Assembly (NCBI GenBank): GCA_965603825.1
Contig: CBFDEM010000052.1
Coordinates: 310,001 to 374,000 of the forward strand
Origin: Blepharisma stoltei ATCC 30299
Taxonomy: Eukaryota > Protista > Ciliophora
Direction of reading: 5' to 3'
Length of the DNA stretch: 64,000 nt
Below the pieces are notes generated by a model. That model was not told the DNA's origin. It did no database searches and worked only from the letters and a program-made list of their open reading frames with translations. A program made the position numbers and the translations under genes. Positions 24,548 to 36,668 of the stretch are shown here, in pieces. Position 1 is the stretch's first letter. The number at the start of each line of letters is the position of its first letter.

Positions 24548-25156
24548 AATTATTGGAAATATTCAGGTAAAAAAAGGTTATAGATTTGAATCAAAAATAG
24601 CTGAGAGACGTTATAGACTCAAATGGTAATGCTATGGGTTTATAGTGAAAGCCTGTGCTTAAGAGATGTTAAATTATTAAAGTTGATAGAATTTCTTTTA
24701 ACTTAGCTTTAAAGCCTTCAAATATTTACATTCTGATTAATTTGCATTTTCCTCTTTATATTAAATTCACCTTAAAATTGGATTTATTATCAAAAACATA
24801 ATAATAAATATTCTTATTGAGAATTGTGGAAATTATATAAAGTATAAGAAGTCATTATAGAGCTCAAAAATTATATAATATTTTAAAAGGAATAATAGTT
24901 ACTTATAATAAAAATGCATGATAATAAATAAGCACAGATGTATTTTGGATATTTTCAAATTCTGCTTTCGAAAGAAATCTTGAAAAGTATAATTTATATT
25001 AAAAATTTATTGAAAATGAATTCATATAAAATTTTCCTGAAATCAATATCTACTTGTGGTATGCTAAATAGTAATAGATATCTAAATTAACTAATAGCAA
25101 GTAACCTCCAATTTTAGAAACATTTAATTATAAAACCTACTAATTAGCTTCTATGC

Positions 25157-25396
25157 TTAAGATAGATTGTTGAAGAATAGATAAAAGACCATTAAGAGTA
25201 AAAGCAAACATAAAAGCCCAAATGTGTACTTCATGATTTCAACTCCTTCTTTGAGCTCAGAACTATGAGAATCTTTAGAATCAATATGCTCAGCTTTTTT
25301 CGTCACCTTTTTATTGAACTCACCTATATTCTTTCTGTAATTCTCATGAGGTGTCATTTTTCTTACAGGAGTGTATGTCTTCTCAAATTTATTCAT
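25157..25396 (-). CDS. Small tail-anchored protein, weak RAMP4/Ysy6 resemblance
   Basis: 79 aa, basic N-terminus, single C-terminal TM. Confidence 0.5.
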   Translation of the reverse strand: MNKFEKTYTPVRKMTPHENYRKNIGEFNKKVTKKAEHIDSKDSHSSELKEGVEIMKYTFGLLCLLLLLMVFYLFFNNLS

Positions 25397-25640
25397 GCTT
25401 TTTGTAATTTATGCTTTATTAATGGCTTACTGAACTATTAAAACTTAAGATTTTATAAATATGATCCTCTATGCTAGAATATAAGAAAATTAAAGCTCGC
25501 TATTTGCTAAATTGATGTCCATTATTTATACCCAGCTTCAATTAAATAGATGAAATAAAATTTGGGCATAAATAAGTCCTTATTTTTATTAAATTTTGTG
25601 CATAATTTTCTAACTGATTTTCATATTTAAAAAATTTAAA

Positions 25641-26225
25641 ATGTTTTCTTCGATAGCATTCTATATCTTGCTCGCTCTTTTTGCTCTATACTTCACATGG
25701 AAGAACCAAATCAAAGCCAAATCTCAAGCTATTACTGTCCTTCAACAACCTCAGACTATTCCTATCTCATCTCAACCAATTGAGACTCCAGCACCATCTC
25801 AAAATGTTGAAAATGAGATTCCAAGGCCATCTCAAGAGGCTAAAGAAGAGCCAAAAACTGTAGAACAACCAGCTACACAAATGTACACAGTAAAAACTCA
25901 TACTCCAAAATCAATAAACCAGTCAGAAAATAAAGAAAATGTAAGCTCAGCAAGTGTGCAAAATAATGATACGAAATATAATATTGTTTTGAAGTCTAAG
26001 CCAGCTTCAAAGCCAGAAGAAAAAAGAAAGAATCTCGAACTTACATCGTTTATTCTTAAAGAGACTGAGAAATCAATCCAAGAATTGATAAGTAAACCTC
26101 GAAGCCCGTTAGAAAGCATTAATCCAACAACAATGAGAAGCCAATTTTACGATCCAAATGTTCCAGAGTTTCAACCAAAGCTTAGGCTGAATCCTAATGC
26201 TCAGGACTTTTGTCCTATAAAATAG
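25641..26225 (+). CDS. Signal-anchored membrane protein with two C-terminal PAM2-like motifs
   Basis: N-terminal TM IAFYILLALFALYFTW; C-terminus FYDPNVPEFQP and LRLNPNAQDFCP. Confidence 0.75.
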   Translation: MFSSIAFYILLALFALYFTWKNQIKAKSQAITVLQQPQTIPISSQPIETPAPSQNVENEIPRPSQEAKEEPKTVEQPATQMYTVKTHTPKSINQSENKENVSSASVQNNDTKYNIVLKSKPASKPEEKRKNLELTSFILKETEKSIQELISKPRSPLESINPTTMRSQFYDPNVPEFQPKLRLNPNAQDFCPIK

Positions 26226-26675
26226 TTCAAATTTAACGTTTAGTTTCAAATTTATAATGTCTTCAATTTCATTAATTTTCCAATGAAATTTATTATTAAA
26301 GTTACTTTTTAGATTCTCATGTTTTGAAAACATTGGGAGCAGTATGATTTTTATATTAGAAACTATTTCAAGCTAGGCAATATAGAGAGAGCTTGTCCAG
26401 CCAGCATTTATATTGTAGATAAAAATTTTAATTATGTCTAGAATAGTCAGTCTTTTAAATGCTGCTACCATGAGTATCGTTACATGAAGGTTTAAATATT
26501 AATTGTATAACAGATGACAACATCAGATTAGAATTCTATCCTTGCCAAAAATAAGCTAAGAATTTAATTATTGATTTCAATTGTAAAAATTGAATTTAAT
26601 AAATAGACTCTCCTGCTAAAGAATTTAATTTGGTTACCTTTTCAAAACATATTTTTTAAGAATAATAAATTCTAA

Positions 26676-29429
26676 ATGGGCAGTCAGCTGACCAAGAACT
26701 ATGACGTGGATAGAGAGCCACTTAGCTTTGGAGGTATCGGTGGACCTTGGAAAATTTATGGCGCAACTCGTAAAGACCGTGAAAAATCTCCTGTTTCAAT
26801 CTTTATGTTCGATAAGAAAACAATAGATAGGAAACCAGACAAAAATGACACAATTAATCGACTAAAACTTGAAGTGACTAATCTCGTCCGTCTCAGACAT
26901 CCTTGCATTCTTCAAGTTGTTGAGCCTTTACTAGAAGATAAAAACACCTTAGCATTTATTACAGAGCCAGTGCAGTATTGCTTAGGTGACTTATTAAGGA
27001 GGCCACACATTTTAAGTACCATCTTATGTGATACTGAAGTCAGATTAGGGCTGCTTGATTTAATTCAAGCAATTGCTTTCATCCACACTGAAGCTCGACT
27101 GATTCATTTTGCAATTTGTCCAGATAATATTTATATCACCATCAAAGGAAAGTGGAAATTAGCCGGCTTTGGGTTTGCTTCTTCAATAACAGCAGAACAG
27201 GTAGCTAATTTGGATCCTTCACTTGATATTGTGCTCTCAGGGAAAACTATGAGATATCAAGCTGAGCTTGAGAAATTGGCACCTATGCTACATTTTACAG
27301 CACCCGAAGTTGTCAGTACAAAATCATCTGGACAGCAGGCTGATATATTTTCTCTTGGCTGCACGATTTTTGCTATTTATAAAGCTCTATCTAACACATC
27401 TTCTGATATTTTTCTATTATCAATTGAAGATTATTCAGTGAGTGGCCATAGAGCATCATGCCAAACAGTCCAAAGAATGGGCCCTACACTTGTGAACTGT
27501 GTTCCTGACTTTTTAGGAGAAAATGTATTAAGAATGGTTAATGTGAATCCCCAAGACCGTTCTAACTTGCATGAACTTTCAGTTTCCAAAGCATTTCAAA
27601 CCCCTTTTGTAAAAGCAATCTACTATCTTGAGCACCTACAAGAAAAGCAAGAGTCACAAAAGCTCCAATTTTTCAAAGGATTAACTCAAATTATCGACAA
27701 ATTCGATAGAGTCATTATGAATAAGAGGCTCCTCCCAGCTTTGGTTCAAAACATGCAGCATCCTAATATGACCCCTTTTATTCTTCCAAATATTTTGAGC
27801 ATAATAAAAACCTGTGAGGTTTCTAAAGAATTATTCCAGTCAAGCATATGGCCAAGTATAGCAAAACTGTCATCTGGAAAAGAAATGCCAGCTCAGAGTT
27901 TTTATTTGATTTTAAGCGAAATTGATGTACTTATGAATTATACTGATGATGAACAATGGAAAAAAATTTTGATGCCACTTGCTTTTAAAGGATATGATTG
28001 TGGAGTGGCTCAAATTCAAGAGACTCTTATGATCAAAACGCCAGAGATGGTCAAAAAAATAAGAGACAATATGTATGTAAGGGTTCAGGTATTGCCAAGG
28101 TTTCTAGGTGGAATTTTAAATGCAAAAAGTCCAAGTGTAAGAGAAGCAGGACTTCATTCTTTGGCACAAATTTACTCGATTTTTGACAGATCGACAATGG
28201 TCGAGTCCATTCTGCCATCATTAGAAAAATTCAAAAAGCTTGATGTCACAGGGAATATGATTATGCACTTATTAGATGTTTATGAAGGAATTTCGAAATC
28301 GCTTGGCCATAAAGCGACAGCTGTTAATATTATCCCTGCCCTTGTCCCATTATTAGTTGAAGGAGAAGTAAATAAATCACAGTTTGAAAGATTGAGCAAT
28401 AGCTTAATGGCGATGATAAATATGATTAAAGATGCAAGATCAGGAGAATTGCAAGAAACAGTGGAAGATGCCAAAATTGAGCTGAATCCGGATGCAGATA
28501 AGCCGCCTGAAGAGCCTAATGAAGTTTTTAATGATATTTTTGAAAGTGGAGGAACACCGATTTTTGAAGCTCCAATTGATGGGGGAATTAAAAAACAAGA
28601 AGTCCAAAATATTGGAGGCTATGGAGGAAGCACAAAAAACCCAGCACAAACTTCATATGAGATGCCAGGAAGGATGAAATTTGAAGCAGATAATACAATG
28701 AATTTTAATCCACAGCCAAATCTGCAAGTAAATCAGCCTAATCCTATGAGATTTGAACAACAGATAAACCCAATGAATGCTGGAAATAGATATGAGCCAC
28801 AGCAAAGTGTTCCTAATATTTCAAATCCAATGAGATTAGATTCTCAAGCAAATTCGATGAGATTTGAGCAACAAATAAATCCTATGGGGGCGCCCACTTC
28901 TATGAAATTTGAAGCTCCAAGCATGGGTAATTCTGGGAACATGTTTGGGAAATTGGCTTTGAAAACTCAAGATAATCAGAATGAAGATGATTTTTGGAAA
29001 ACAAACGGTATGAATTTAAATAAAAACCAGGGTCAAAAACCTATTCAAGCCTTGAGGCCTCCATCTCCGTTGCTTGCTAAGCAAACACCACAGCCTAATC
29101 AAATTCCACAGCCAAGTCAAAATTCTTTTCAGCCAAATTACCCAGCTGCCCCTCAAAACTTTAAATCTTCATTTACAGAGCAACAGTTTCAACCTCCTCA
29201 GCGTGAAAAGTCTCCTATTCAATTCCAGGCTCCACAGGATGCTTTTTCATTTAAAGCCCCAGGACCTCAAAATACTCCATTCAGCTTGCCACCACCTCCT
29301 CCCTCTCAAACTCAAGGAGGTCCAAAACGAACTAATAATCCATTTGAGAAGCCAAAAGTTAAAATTGACACCGAAGACTTTTTTAATGAATTTCTACAAG
29401 GAAAAAAAGACCCATTTGATGGTCTTTAG
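26676..29429 (+). CDS. SCYL2: SCYL2/CVAK104-like pseudokinase with HEAT repeats and Q/P/N-rich tail
   Basis: WKIYGA, LVRLRHPCIL, HFAICPDNI, WKLAGFGF; C-terminal NPF and DPF endocytic motifs. Confidence 0.85.
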   Translation: MGSQLTKNYDVDREPLSFGGIGGPWKIYGATRKDREKSPVSIFMFDKKTIDRKPDKNDTINRLKLEVTNLVRLRHPCILQVVEPLLEDKNTLAFITEPVQYCLGDLLRRPHILSTILCDTEVRLGLLDLIQAIAFIHTEARLIHFAICPDNIYITIKGKWKLAGFGFASSITAEQVANLDPSLDIVLSGKTMRYQAELEKLAPMLHFTAPEVVSTKSSGQQADIFSLGCTIFAIYKALSNTSSDIFLLSIEDYSVSGHRASCQTVQRMGPTLVNCVPDFLGENVLRMVNVNPQDRSNLHELSVSKAFQTPFVKAIYYLEHLQEKQESQKLQFFKGLTQIIDKFDRVIMNKRLLPALVQNMQHPNMTPFILPNILSIIKTCEVSKELFQSSIWPSIAKLSSGKEMPAQSFYLILSEIDVLMNYTDDEQWKKILMPLAFKGYDCGVAQIQETLMIKTPEMVKKIRDNMYVRVQVLPRFLGGILNAKSPSVREAGLHSLAQIYSIFDRSTMVESILPSLEKFKKLDVTGNMIMHLLDVYEGISKSLGHKATAVNIIPALVPLLVEGEVNKSQFERLSNSLMAMINMIKDARSGELQETVEDAKIELNPDADKPPEEPNEVFNDIFESGGTPIFEAPIDGGIKKQEVQNIGGYGGSTKNPAQTSYEMPGRMKFEADNTMNFNPQPNLQVNQPNPMRFEQQINPMNAGNRYEPQQSVPNISNPMRLDSQANSMRFEQQINPMGAPTSMKFEAPSMGNSGNMFGKLALKTQDNQNEDDFWKTNGMNLNKNQGQKPIQALRPPSPLLAKQTPQPNQIPQPSQNSFQPNYPAAPQNFKSSFTEQQFQPPQREKSPIQFQAPQDAFSFKAPGPQNTPFSLPPPPPSQTQGGPKRTNNPFEKPKVKIDTEDFFNEFLQGKKDPFDGL

Positions 29430-29775
29430 TATAATTATTTATCAAATAATGCACATTCTTTATATCGCTGTATATTTATTGTATATATATTTATATTAGC
29501 AAATAAGGCAACTTTTCAAATTTCTTTTTTCTTTGATTATATCAAATTGTTTAAAAAGTTTTTTTTATAAAATCTGATCTAATGTTAAATAGATACACAT
29601 GCAAATAAAAAAAATGCAAAGTTAAAAATTTCTTAGCAATTTTATTGGCAATATAAGGAGTGAAATAATATTAAACTTATAAAATGTTTATTTTACTATT
29701 GGATACTAAAACTTTGAATCTAAAGGTGTTATGAATTGTTATTTTCTATATCAATGCTTATATCCAAAAATTAAT

Positions 29776-30585
29776 ATGGCAGAAGTCGTGGCTGGATTTT
29801 TCCAAGGTTTAGGGATGGCATTAAGCAGTTATCCTTTAGAGTAAATCATATACAGTACAATAAAGGTTAGAATGCAATCAGGAAATTTTTCTTCAGTGAA
29901 TGAATGTATCAAAAATTCTTTCAAAAATCACGGATTATTTGGATTTTACCGTGGAGTTGGTAGCCTGATTTATACTTCTCCACTTAGAAGTTCAATGTCT
30001 TTGGCTTTATACAACAATGCGCGAAATAGATTAAAATGCGAGACGCCTTTTTACAACGGTATAGGAGCTGGAGCTATTACGGGAGGATTTATGGCATCAA
30101 TTGTATGCCCTATTGAAGTAATCAAGTGCTCTATTCAGACCTCAAGCCAAAAACTAAAGACTCTTGAATACGCAAAGACTTTGTATAAAAATCACGGGAT
30201 TAAAATATTTTACCAAGGCTTAAAGATTACCCTTTTAAGAGAGCTTGTCGGATTTTCCGTATTTTTCGGTACTTATGAGCATATGAAAACAATATTAGTA
30301 AATAAATATCAGAAAATCCCGAGCTGAGGGTATTTTTTAGCTGGCTCTGTTTCTGGAGTTATTTGTACGATAAGTGTGTTTCCTATAGATACAATAAAGA
30401 CAGTCTTTCAAACTAATAGTTCTAAACTTACATATCCCCAAACTGTAAAATTTATTTTATCAAGTAGAGGAGCTTTAGGATTTTGGAAAGGCTTGTTGCC
30501 TTCTGCTTTGAGATCACTAATTTCATTTGGGACTGGATTTTTTGCTTATGAGCAAGTAAAAAGCTGTTTATTAAGCATCTCTTAG
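29776..30585 (+). CDS. Mitochondrial carrier (SLC25) family protein
   Basis: Signatures YPLDTIKVRMQ (after splicing), CPIEVIKCSIQ, FPIDTIKTVFQ; TGA 30325-30327 = Trp. Confidence 0.9.
29841..29855 (+). other. 15-nt intron GTAAATCATATACAG
   Basis: Removal deletes an in-frame TAA and rebuilds the PxDxxKxRxQ carrier signature exactly. Confidence 0.95.
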
Positions 30586-30920
30586 TAGAAGTTTTAATTC
30601 ACTAATTAAAAAGTAGTTTTAAAGAATAATAGATTTAGATAACTTATAAAATATTTAAATAAATTAAGCTGAATCTGGAGTTCAATCTATAAATTCTCCG
30701 ATCTATGAAAAACTATGAATTATTTTAGATATGATTAAAATTCTTTAGATTTTTTTTGACAAATTATTAAAAAAAATATTAAATTATTTATTAACCCTAA
30801 AGATCTATACGATTATACAGCCTCTAATAAAATCAAACCATAAAAAAATAAATCCCAATGCAATTTGCCTGACTATAGATAATTAATTTATTTATTTTAA
30901 TACAACTGTAATTTTGTTCT

Positions 30921-31499
30921 TTACTCATGACCAAAAGAGGAATAGACCGAAGGTTTCAAAAATGAATGATCTCCTCTCCTAGTTTCTGATGGATATCTAT
31001 AAATAGAAGGCAGTAACTTCTCTTTAAATGTATGAGATCTCTCTGTAGATTGAGCGTATTTAGCTCTCAATTGTATTGCGTTTTTCATTTTATCCATTTT
31101 GGATTTTAAGTTTACTATGCTTTTGGAGCTACCATCAGGTAGTCTTTCTGCACTTTTATTAGGAGTTCTCTTTCTCAGAGGGCTAATATTATCTTCAAGA
31201 CGCAAATGAGCTAAAATTCTCGAAGTTGACTCCAAAGGTGGCTTTATAATTGGCCTTGGAGTTTTAGAACTTCCATTCACTTCTCTATTTTCTAACTTCG
31301 GAAGTTTCAATTGACTAATTCCTTGAATTTGCTGTTTAGGCAGCTGTTTAGAAGGAGAAACTGATAGTGTTGAGTTAAGTCGTTCTAAAAAATCAGGTGT
31401 CTTTGCAACAGCTTCAGATTCACGTGTATCAATTTCACCTGTTCTTCCTAGTGTAGATGCTTTATTCTTAAACCTCTCCAAAAATTTCTCTGATGCCAT
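30921..31499 (-). CDS. Hypothetical basic protein (192 aa)
   Basis: ATG..TAA ORF, GC higher than flanks. Confidence 0.65.
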   Translation of the reverse strand: MASEKFLERFKNKASTLGRTGEIDTRESEAVAKTPDFLERLNSTLSVSPSKQLPKQQIQGISQLKLPKLENREVNGSSKTPRPIIKPPLESTSRILAHLRLEDNISPLRKRTPNKSAERLPDGSSKSIVNLKSKMDKMKNAIQLRAKYAQSTERSHTFKEKLLPSIYRYPSETRRGDHSFLKPSVYSSFGHE

Positions 31500-31626
31500 A
31501 TAATAATTCTAAAATTTACATTATTATGAATGAATATTCGTTTTTATCAGTATAGGCTCTTATCTATTACTCTTATCAACTTGTTTAAAATAATCGTTAA
31601 TTTTAAAGAGACTTAAATAATTGGTT

Positions 31627-33489
31627 TTAGCGACCAGCTTTAGCATAAGTTGGCAAATTTCCAATTGAAGAGTGAACTTCATAATTTCCAGGCCCAGGAC
31701 TGTCTGATCTTTGTTTACCATTTCTTTGGGATGAGCCAAATCCCCATTTAGGGCCTCCTAATTTTCCTCTAACATCGTATAATCCTGGCCCAACTGCACT
31801 TTGGGATTTAGACAAACTGTGTATTTCATTCCTTTTGTCTTTTCCTACACTCCAGCTAGGGTTTGATGCACCTATATTTGGGTTATAAGATCCTGGGCCA
31901 GGCGTTGTATGCGCTGCATTTTTTGATGTTTTTGCACTCATTGAATATGCAGGGCCATCTCGCCCACTTTTGACATTATATCCGCCAGGGCCAGGTGTAT
32001 CTGTTACATTTGATAAAGGCTGTCTTTTGCCTGTTCCAAATAAAGGTGCTGTTTTATTGAAATCTTTCCCAACATTATAAGCTCCAGGTCCAGGGCTTCC
32101 TGCATTTCCAGATAGAGGACGTCTGCTCGTTCCAAAGCCATAATTGGGTGCTCCATAATTTGGCTGAGGATTATATGCTCCAGGTCCAGGAAACTCTCCA
32201 AGATTTTTTTCTTCCAAGTTTGGATGTCTTCCTGACATACTTCAAGCTTTTTGGTCTAAGCTGCTTCTCATTTCATATTGCCCTGGGCCTATATCAGTGC
32301 TTCCACCTCTTCTATCCCTTTTCTCAGTCCCAAATCCCCATTTTGGTCCTGCAGTCTGTGGCCTGCCTGAGTAGCTTCCAGGGCCAGGGAATTGATTTCG
32401 AACTGTATCAGGCTTATCATCATCTCTTCTTGCACTACCAATTCTATATGATGGAGAAGCTCGATCAGTCATTGATCCTCCAGGATTATAATGCCCAGGG
32501 CCAGGAGTTTTTGGCCGATCTCCTTTGCTTGATCTTCCTGGCATTGAATATTGAGGTCCCTCATTTGTATTTCTAAATTCATATGTCCCTGGCCCAGGGG
32601 TATTTTCAAATTGTGATAAAGGCTGTCTTTTTCCAGTTCCTAATTTTGGTCCAGATGAACTAGGTCTAAGAGTATGCTCATAAGCTCCAGGTCCAGGCTG
32701 CTTTTCTCCATTTTTTGTAAAATCACTTCTACCTGAACGACCAATTGTGTAAGAAGGCATTTTTCCTTGGCCTTCAGGACTATAAGCTCCAGGTCCAGGC
32801 ACTTTTAATTTATCAGTTCCAGCTCCATCTGGATATTTCCCACTTATACTCCATCCTTTGCTATTTAAAGTTCCTCCCATTTCATAAGCACCGGGACCAG
32901 GGTCATCTGCTTTTGAATTTTTATTTCTGCCTTCACTGCCAAATCCCCATTTAGGTGCTGCACTTTGAGGTCTATTTTCATAGCTTCCAGGACCTGGGTA
33001 TTCAGCTGCGTGCTTAGTCATATAATTATCTCTTTGAGCAGTTCCAATTCTAGCACTTATTGGTCTTTCTTTTGTAGTAAAATCATTTAAATCTTGTTCA
33101 TAATATCCAGGACCTGGACTGTCTCCAAAGCCTTTAGAAGAGTATTTTCGCTGAATACTATACTGAGGACCTTCTTGGACCTTTGAAGGAATTTGATAGG
33201 TTCCAGGTCCAGGATTCGCCATGGTGTCGCTTAGTGGATCTCTTTTGCTTGTTCCCAGTTTTGGGGCTGGTGAATGCTCTTTTTTCTCAGGATTATAAGA
33301 TCCTGGGCCAGGAGCCTCAGCTGATTTGCCAGTAAAATCATATCTGCTGCTTGTGCCAATTCTATATTGTGGAGGTTGTTCATAAGTCGCCGCTTTAGGA
33401 GAATACGCTCCTGGGCCTGGGGCACGGGAATCTAGCTTATTTGCATATTTTTGTGCAAAACTTCACGCAGGTCTTGATGTCAAATGCAT
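31627..33489 (-). CDS. SHIPPO/PGP-repeat (ODF3/STPG-like) ciliary microtubule-associated protein (620 aa)
   Basis: About 18 (P)GPGxY repeats in one frame from ATG 33489 via TGA=Trp. Confidence 0.9.
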
Positions 33490-33617
33490 ATTTAAAGTTT
33501 ATAATTGTCAAATGAACTTAAAAAGCAAGCAGTTATGTAAAGGGAGAGCAAAAATAATCGGTTTTTGAAATTTAACATTATAGATATTGATATAGATGTT
33601 TTTATGATCAAATTTAT

Positions 33618-35669
33618 TTAGAGACTAAATAATCTACTTATTAGTTCTTCGGTGTCATCATCTATATGAACTAATTCATCCTTTTCAGCATTATCTGAGT
33701 AGATATCTCCGTTGATTCTAATGATCGCCATATCAGAGCTATAAGCTTGGTTTAAAATGAGCCAAATTTCTTGATTGACATCGACATAATCTTCTCCAGA
33801 CCTCAGCCCATCTTTCATGCTGCCATTTTCATAGAAAAAGTATTGATTATTCCTTATTTGTCCAGGAGGATTTGGAGCTTCAATTGAAGATTTCCTAGTT
33901 AAAAACGATTCCCAGCTTTTTATCCAAGGCTTTGGTATGAAGAATCTTGGAAATCCATTTGATCCATTCTTGACTCTATTATATAGGGCACTTTCAAAAT
34001 TAATTCTTTCGTCAAGCCTCCTTTTGGCTTCCAAACATTGCCCACATGGATTTTTTGAGACAATTGGCTCACCTTTAAAGCCGACATCACCTTTTAGTTC
34101 TTCCCATTGCCAATTAGTGATTCCTATTAACTCGTTTTCTTGTATATCTGCACTTAAAAATGAATGACTACAATAATATTTATTGAAATTTATTGGGCCT
34201 GGGTTTGAAAGAGAGTAATACCTATTAACCCATTCTTTTGGAATATAAATATCAGCAGACTCGCTTTCAATAATTTTAGGACGCTTCACAGGAAACTTTG
34301 TATATATAGCAATATAAGTTTGTGCTTCTCTTACTTTTTCCTCACTGCATTCTTTTACATATTTATCGTCACACTCATATCATTTTCCTCCATTATCAAA
34401 ATCTCTGAAATAGGCAAGATAATGCCCTTTTAGCATTGCAGCACTATCATGCTCAATTAAGCAGGATAAATTATAAACTGGACTACCGCCTTCAGAAAAT
34501 TCGTCAAGTTTTAGTGTAAATGGAGTGATCACATCTTTTGAAATCTTTGATCCAGAAGAACTGGCCCTATTCAAATTAATTATCAAAATATCTGGAAACT
34601 CTTTAATTCTGCATTGCTGAGCACATGGATGTTTTATACGGCACCCTTCACAAAATGGATCTACCAAATCTTGTGGGCTGAAAAATAATAGCAAACAATC
34701 ATATAGATTAACTATTTGATCACTAAATATAATTTACCTGCTCAGTTTTTTCCAAAATGAACCTTTTTTTGATAAATAGTAAGCTCTATCTTGATCTTCT
34801 AATCAAGCCTCTGATCTTTGTGCAAGTCTTGCAATTTCTTTTTTATCTTGAGGTATTGCTAGTGAAATGTTGCCGAAATTATCCTCTTTTTTACGCTCAA
34901 ATCCACAATTGTGGCATCTGAATTCTGTTACCATTATGCCTTCAGTAGCTTCAGAGATTATTGATCTCTTCCCAGTTTTCTCTTGGAGATAGGTACGCAA
35001 GTTATCAAAAAAGAGCAGTAGGAATTCTTGAGCATCCCTTTGTTTTCTCTCAGCATAGTCAGGATTGAGGGATGGAATTAATTTAATGAATTTATCAGGA
35101 GAAATCACTATATGACCACTTCACATAGCTTTAAGAATTTCTCTAAATTGATAAATTAAAGTATTGGATTGTGAATCATCAAGTATTTGGTTCAAAACTT
35201 GGTCTTTTCTGAGATAAGTTTGGATTGGCAGCATTCTAGAAATGCATTGGAGAACTGTGCTCACATAGCAAGTGTTTCCCAAGTTTTTCATTCCAGTGAT
35301 CCTTTTATTCTTTTTGTTAGGATTACTTTTATCGTAGCCAAGTGACTCCGCAATTACTTTAAACATTCTGCTCAAGGTTATTTCTCTGGATTCACTTTTG
35401 CATTCAAAACAATAAGAAGTAAGGGTACTTATATTGAAAAAGAGGGTATGTCCAGGCTCTCTTGCATGCCTTTCTCGGTCTCTTGAGCAAACTTCTATAT
35501 GACAGGTCAAACTTGGTGAAGTGTACAAGCATCTCCAGACATCAGGAGCTCCAGCCCCACAATTATTATATTTGCACTCCAACCTGTCTAGCACATCTGC
35601 TGCATCTGATTTGCCTTGGTTGAGATATTGAACTTTTTCATCTACTTCTCTAAGATGAGGGCAGCTCAT
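33618..35669 (-). CDS. Ubiquitin-specific protease with zf-UBP and DUSP domains (USP20/33-like architecture)
   Basis: MSCPHL zf-UBP, GMKNLGNTCY, QRDAQEF, GHYLAY, W(TGA)YECDD, PGPI/PPGQI DUSP motifs; intron 34723-34737. Confidence 0.9.
34723..34737 (-). other. 15-nt intron GTAAATTATATTTAG
   Basis: GT..AG, A10, removes in-frame TAA within the USP domain. Confidence 0.9.
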
Positions 35670-35782
35670 TTTATTATTTATATAAATCTATAATTTAATA
35701 TAAAAAATCTTCAAAAATTAATTTTGGAATTTATAAAGAAAAATATTAATAATAAGCGTTTCCTTGATTAATTTTACCTGTA

Positions 35783-36460
35783 TTAGCAATTTTTGAAATT
35801 AAAGCCTCCACACGCAATGACCAAAATAAAAAACAAAACAATCTGCTTAAATCTTACCATAAAACTTGCAAAGATTAATAAAGTGAATTTTGTATTTTTC
35901 CACCAAAAATGTCTTTTTACTCTAACAGCCTCTCTTCTAAATTCAAATGATGATTCGCTCATATATTGTGTTTTATTAACAAGCATTTCAATTTTTTCTT
36001 CTCTCGCTATAACTTTATCAATATTTTCTATCATAATATCTTTCGTTTTTTCAATATTGTCTCTTGCCGCTCTCAACTTGTCTGCATTTTTATCAGTGTT
36101 GAAAAAAATCATTCTCTTTTTAATAATATCAGAAAAATCTTTATTCAAGCTGAAAGCTATTGCATTTTTAGCTCTTTCTCCGTACTTTTCCATAAAAATA
36201 TCTTTAATGTCATATAAGAACGCATATGCAGTCCTATAAGTAAAAGCAGACTCTGCAAGGCATAAAAATGTAAAGCCATCGATATTTAAGCAATGAAAGA
36301 TATATTTATCTTCATAAGAATAAGAAATTGTTGGGGTTGTTATTTTTTTACTCAAAATTTTGAGGGCTAATTGTTGGAAGTTTCCACTTGCTGATGAGTA
36401 TTCAACTAAAGGTGTTGGAGAGTTAATAGAACTGATTAGGGCATAAAGTATGGCAGCCAT
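35783..36460 (-). CDS. VAMP7: VAMP7-like longin R-SNARE
   Basis: Longin domain (AYAFLYDIKDIF), R-SNARE motif IMIENIDKVIAREEKIE, C-terminal TM. Confidence 0.92.
   Translation of the reverse strand: MAAILYALISSINSPTPLVEYSSASGNFQQLALKILSKKITTPTISYSYEDKYIFHCLNIDGFTFLCLAESAFTYRTAYAFLYDIKDIFMEKYGERAKNAIAFSLNKDFSDIIKKRMIFFNTDKNADKLRAARDNIEKTKDIMIENIDKVIAREEKIEMLVNKTQYMSESSFEFRREAVRVKRHFWWKNTKFTLLIFASFMVRFKQIVLFFILVIACGGFNFKNC
35843..35857 (-). other. 15-nt intron GTAAGATTTAAGCAG (in frame, no stop)
   Basis: GT..AG, A10; removal deletes charged VRFKQ from the middle of the TM helix. Confidence 0.85.
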
Positions 36461-36668
36461 ATTTATAATATTTTAGGCCCTTAATTCATAATTTAATTGT
36501 AAAAATTTAAAGTAGATTAGAAAAGTTCAGAAATAGGATTATATTAATTATTATGCTTAAATAATATCTTATTAGCTTCTTCTAATGAAAATAAACGATC
36601 TTAAGTTATTGCGCTGATATAAAGACTAGATATATAAATTCAAAGAATTCGTCTATTGCTAATTAAAA

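Noticed and set aside
31627-33489. CRISPR-like array from regularly spaced CC(A/T)GG(A/G)CC(A/T)GG repeats
   Set aside because: The repeats encode PGPG in one frame and vary at synonymous positions; eukaryotic context with no cas genes.
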